From Nitrospirota bacterium (GTDB lineage Bacteria > Nitrospirota > Thermodesulfovibrionia > Thermodesulfovibrionales > JdFR-86): 64,000 nucleotides of DNA. A model generated the notes under the pieces. It did not search any database. It was not told the DNA's origin and worked only from the letters and a program-made list of their open reading frames with translations. Location: contig CAVRJY010000001.1 in NCBI GenBank assembly GCA_963721805.1, positions 192,001-256,000 on the forward strand, given 5' to 3'. This document shows, in pieces, positions 60,863 to 64,000 of the stretch. Every line of letters starts with the position of its first letter. Positions within the stretch are counted from its first letter, which is position 1. Made by a program: the position numbers and the translations under genes.

Positions 60863-63535
60863 TTATTTCGGTGAACCCTTGAGCTTAGCGAGCCCTTCGG
60901 TGAGCTTGTCGAATTTGGACTTGCACTCGGCAAGTTTCGCGCGCTCCTTCTCGACCACGGCCTGAGGCGCGCGGCTGACGAAGTCCTCGCGCGAGAGCTT
61001 CGCGCTGACCTTCTGCATCTCCTCGTCGACCTTCTTGAGCTCCTTGTTGAGGCGCTCGCGCTCGGCCTCGATGTCCATCTCGCTTCGCACCAGCACGACA
61101 TAGACCTCGATCTGGTCCTTCACCGAGGTATAGGCGCCCTCGGGCTTGACCGCGTCCGGGCCAAGGGACTTTATAGAGGCGCGAGAGAGGCGTTCTAAGA
61201 GCGCAATGTTATTCTGTAATATCGCGGTCGCCGGTGCGCTGGCCTTGATCGTCGTGTCGAGGATCTCCTTGGGTGATACGTCTAGCTCGCCCCGGACGTT
61301 GCGGATGCCGGTGATCGCGTCCATGAGCATGTTCATCGCGGCCTCGGCCTCGATGTCGCGGCCCTCCGCGACCGGAAACGGCGCGACCATGATGCTGGCC
61401 TTGGCCTGCTTTACGGGTATCCCCTGCCAGAGCTCCTCGGTCACAAACGGCATGAACGGGTGCAGGAGGCGCAGCACGGTCTCTAATGTATAAAGCAGGA
61501 CGTCCTTCGTGGAATCATCCATCTCGACCTTCGCGATCTCGATGTACCAGTCGCAGAACTCATGCCAGGTGAACTGGTATGCGGCGCCCGCAGCGTCGTT
61601 GAAGCGGTAATCGGCCAGCCCGTTTTCGACCTCATCGGTCGCCTGCGTCAGGCGGCTCAGTATCCACCTCTGGGCCAGAGTTGCCGAGGCCCGGCGCGCC
61701 ATTACGCGGTCGTGGAGTTCTGCTTCAGTGGGAGGGACATAGTCCCCGCCGAGGTTCATCATGATAAACCGGGTCGCGTTCCAGAGCTTGTTGATGAAGC
61801 TCCGGTACCCAAGCACGCGGTCTTCGCTAAACCGCACGTCGCGGCCTTGGGCCGCGAACGCCGCGAGCGTGAACCGGAAGGCGTCGGTGCCGAACTTGTC
61901 GATCATGATGAGCGGGTCTATGACGTTGCCCTTGGATTTGCTCATCTTCTGGCCCTCTTCGTCTCGGACGAGGGCGTGGATGTATACGTCCTTAAACGGC
62001 ACCTCGCCCATGAACTTCATGCCCATCATGATCATGCGCGCGACCCAGAAAAACAGGATATCAAACGCGGTGACGAGGACGTCCGTCGGATAGTGCGCGC
62101 TAAGCTCAGGCGTTTTGTCAGGCCAGCCAAGCGTGCTGAACGGCCATAGGGCCGAGCAAAACCAGGTATCGAGCACGTCCGGGTCCTGGTGGATCTCGGA
62201 GCTTCCGCAGTGCGTACACTTGGTCGGGTCGGTCTGCGCGTCGCCAAGAGAGGGCACCGTGTGCCCGCCGCAGGCGTCGCAGTACCAGACCGGGACGCGG
62301 TGGCCCCACCATATCTGGCGCGTGATGCACCAGTCGCGGATGTTCTCCATCCAGGAGTAGTAGCTGTTCTTCCAGCCCTCGGGCAGTATGCGTATGCGCC
62401 CGTCGCGGACGGCTTCCAGCGCCTGCTCGGCAAGCGGCGCGACGCGAACGAACCACTGCGGCGTGGCGTACGGCTCGCACACGGTCTTGCAGCGGTAGCA
62501 GTGCCCCACCGCGTGCATGTGCTTTTCCTGGCGGCCCAAGTGGCCCATGCGCGCGAGCTCCTCGACGACCTTCTTTCTGCATTCGTAGCGGTCGAGGCCC
62601 TTGAACTCTATGCCCGCCTCCGCGGTCATCGTGCCGTCCTCGCCGATAATCGTGATCGAGGCGAGCCCGTGGCGCTGGCCTATCGCCTCGTCGTTGAAGT
62701 CGTGCGCGGGCGTGACCTTGACCGCGCCGGTGCCGAATTTCGGATCGACCGCGCTGTCGGCGACTATGGGAATTTTGCGCCCGGCAAGCGGGAGGTCGAG
62801 CGTCTTTCCGATCAGGTGGCTGTACCGCTCGTCTTCGGGATTGACCGCGACGCCGGTATCGCCGAGCATCGTCTCGGGCCGCGTGGTCGCGACCGTGACG
62901 TGCCCCTTGCCCTCGCTGAGCGGGTAGTCGATGTACGTAAGCGTGCCCTCGTGGTCCTCGTGCTCGACCTCCAGGTCGCTAAGCGCGGTGCGGCAGCGCG
63001 GGCACCAGTTTACGAGCCTCTTGGCGCGGTATATCAGGCCCTCTTCGTAGAGGCGCACGAAGACCTCGCGCACCGCAGCGGACAGGCCCTCGTCCATCGT
63101 GAAGCGTTCCCGGTCCCAGTCGCACGAGCAGCCGAGGCTGTGAAGCTGGTGGATGATCCGCCCCCCGTACTCTTTCCTCCACTCCCAGACCTTCTCGATG
63201 AACTTTTCCCTGCCGAGCGTGTGGCGGTCGACCCCGTCGGCCGCGAGCTTGCGCTCGACGACGTTCTGGGTCGCGATGCCCGCGTGGTCGGTGCCGGGTA
63301 TCCAGAGCGCGGCGTCGCCGTGCATGCGCCTCCAGCGGACGAGCGCGTCCTGTATCGTGGAGTTCAGCGCATGGCCCATATGGAGCTGGCCCGTGACGTT
63401 GGGCGGCGGGATGACGATGGTGTAGGGCTTGCCGCCGGGGTTGATCTCGGGCTTAAACAGCCCGAGGCTCCGCCAGCGGGCGTAGATGCGGGCTTCAGCG
63501 TCCTTGGGTTCGAAGTTCTTCGGGAATTCAGTCAT
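60863..63535 (-). CDS. valS: Valine--tRNA ligase
   Basis: PPPNVTG..HMGH, DHAGIATQ, KMSKS and C-terminal coiled coil. Confidence 0.98.
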   Translation of the reverse strand: MTEFPKNFEPKDAEARIYARWRSLGLFKPEINPGGKPYTIVIPPPNVTGQLHMGHALNSTIQDALVRWRRMHGDAALWIPGTDHAGIATQNVVERKLAADGVDRHTLGREKFIEKVWEWRKEYGGRIIHQLHSLGCSCDWDRERFTMDEGLSAAVREVFVRLYEEGLIYRAKRLVNWCPRCRTALSDLEVEHEDHEGTLTYIDYPLSEGKGHVTVATTRPETMLGDTGVAVNPEDERYSHLIGKTLDLPLAGRKIPIVADSAVDPKFGTGAVKVTPAHDFNDEAIGQRHGLASITIIGEDGTMTAEAGIEFKGLDRYECRKKVVEELARMGHLGRQEKHMHAVGHCYRCKTVCEPYATPQWFVRVAPLAEQALEAVRDGRIRILPEGWKNSYYSWMENIRDWCITRQIWWGHRVPVWYCDACGGHTVPSLGDAQTDPTKCTHCGSSEIHQDPDVLDTWFCSALWPFSTLGWPDKTPELSAHYPTDVLVTAFDILFFWVARMIMMGMKFMGEVPFKDVYIHALVRDEEGQKMSKSKGNVIDPLIMIDKFGTDAFRFTLAAFAAQGRDVRFSEDRVLGYRSFINKLWNATRFIMMNLGGDYVPPTEAELHDRVMARRASATLAQRWILSRLTQATDEVENGLADYRFNDAAGAAYQFTWHEFCDWYIEIAKVEMDDSTKDVLLYTLETVLRLLHPFMPFVTEELWQGIPVKQAKASIMVAPFPVAEGRDIEAEAAMNMLMDAITGIRNVRGELDVSPKEILDTTIKASAPATAILQNNIALLERLSRASIKSLGPDAVKPEGAYTSVKDQIEVYVVLVRSEMDIEAERERLNKELKKVDEEMQKVSAKLSREDFVSRAPQAVVEKERAKLAECKSKFDKLTEGLAKLKGSPK

Positions 63536-63551
63536 GTGGCCTGCGGGCGAG

Positions 63552-64000
63552 TCAGTTCCCTGCGCGGATGCTGTCGATCTCCTGCTTGATTAGGGTTTCG
63601 GCGATCTCCGGGACGGTGTCCCAGATGACGTTTTCGACCTCTTTCCTAAGCGGGGCGACGGTGTCTCTTATGGCATCCTGGAGCATGCGTTCGAGCATAT
63701 CGGGCATGAGCTCCCAGAGGATCTTCTCGATCTTTTCATTTATCGCGGGCGCTACGGCCTCGCGGATGATCTCTTTTATGTCCGAGGAGGCGACGATCGC
63801 CTCGATCCGGGCGTCCAGCGCGCGTGTGAGTGCGGCCTCGATATCCATGGAGGCGAGCTTGCCCTCGACGGACGCGCTTACGATGGTATCGGCGTCGAGC
63901 GTGGCGAGCTTAGTCTCTACGGCCGCGCTTACGATGGCATCGGCGTCGAGCGCGGAGAGCTTAGCCTCGACGGCTGCGCTCACGATAGCATCGGCGTCGA
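63552..64000 (-). CDS. C-terminus of a RomR-like protein with 17-aa repeats (5' end outside window)
   Basis: IEKILWELMPD and VENVIWDTVPEIAETLIKQEI motifs. Directly upstream of valS. Confidence 0.6.
   Translation of the reverse strand, partial: DADAIVSAAVEAKLSALDADAIVSAAVETKLATLDADTIVSASVEGKLASMDIEAALTRALDARIEAIVASSDIKEIIREAVAPAINEKIEKILWELMPDMLERMLQDAIRDTVAPLRKEVENVIWDTVPEIAETLIKQEIDSIRAGN

Noticed and set aside
62189..63589. Long antisense or alternative-frame ORFs (also 49354-50550, 21082-22188, 4320-5441)
   Set aside because: They are shadow ORFs of GC-rich genes with no recognisable motifs.

Overview
This GC-rich bacterial chromosome segment has gene content and order suggestive of a Nitrospirota or deltaproteobacteria-like organism (inference only). 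Housekeeping genes: tldD, lpxC, nfo, priA, trpS, pabB/C fusion, ettA, rmuC, dinG, mnmE, gatAB, nadC and valS. It also holds a sigma54-controlled flagellar basal-body cluster (FleQ-like activator, TPR gene, two-component pair, flgBC-fliEFGHIJ), a type IV minor-pilin cluster with a 1960-aa PilY1, glycosylation genes, an ASKHA/RACo-like protein and a RomR-like gene. No rRNA, tRNA, CRISPR array or transposase was seen. The most notable signal is non-coding. Seven dispersed copies of a ~120-200 bp imperfect-hairpin element share a GTAC-N6-GTAC apex and show compensatory substitutions and strict orientation relative to neighbouring genes. Two copies form one end of a larger ~490-550 bp composite: hairpin, (CG)n tract, diverged iteron-like core, and a conserved 86-bp AT-rich palindromic block. 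Other points: an unannotated 39-aa histone H1-like ORF, a tandem repeat built from the fliG 3' end, probable near-leaderless promoters, several catalytically degenerate enzymes, and five +1 frameshifts that are probably sequencing errors.
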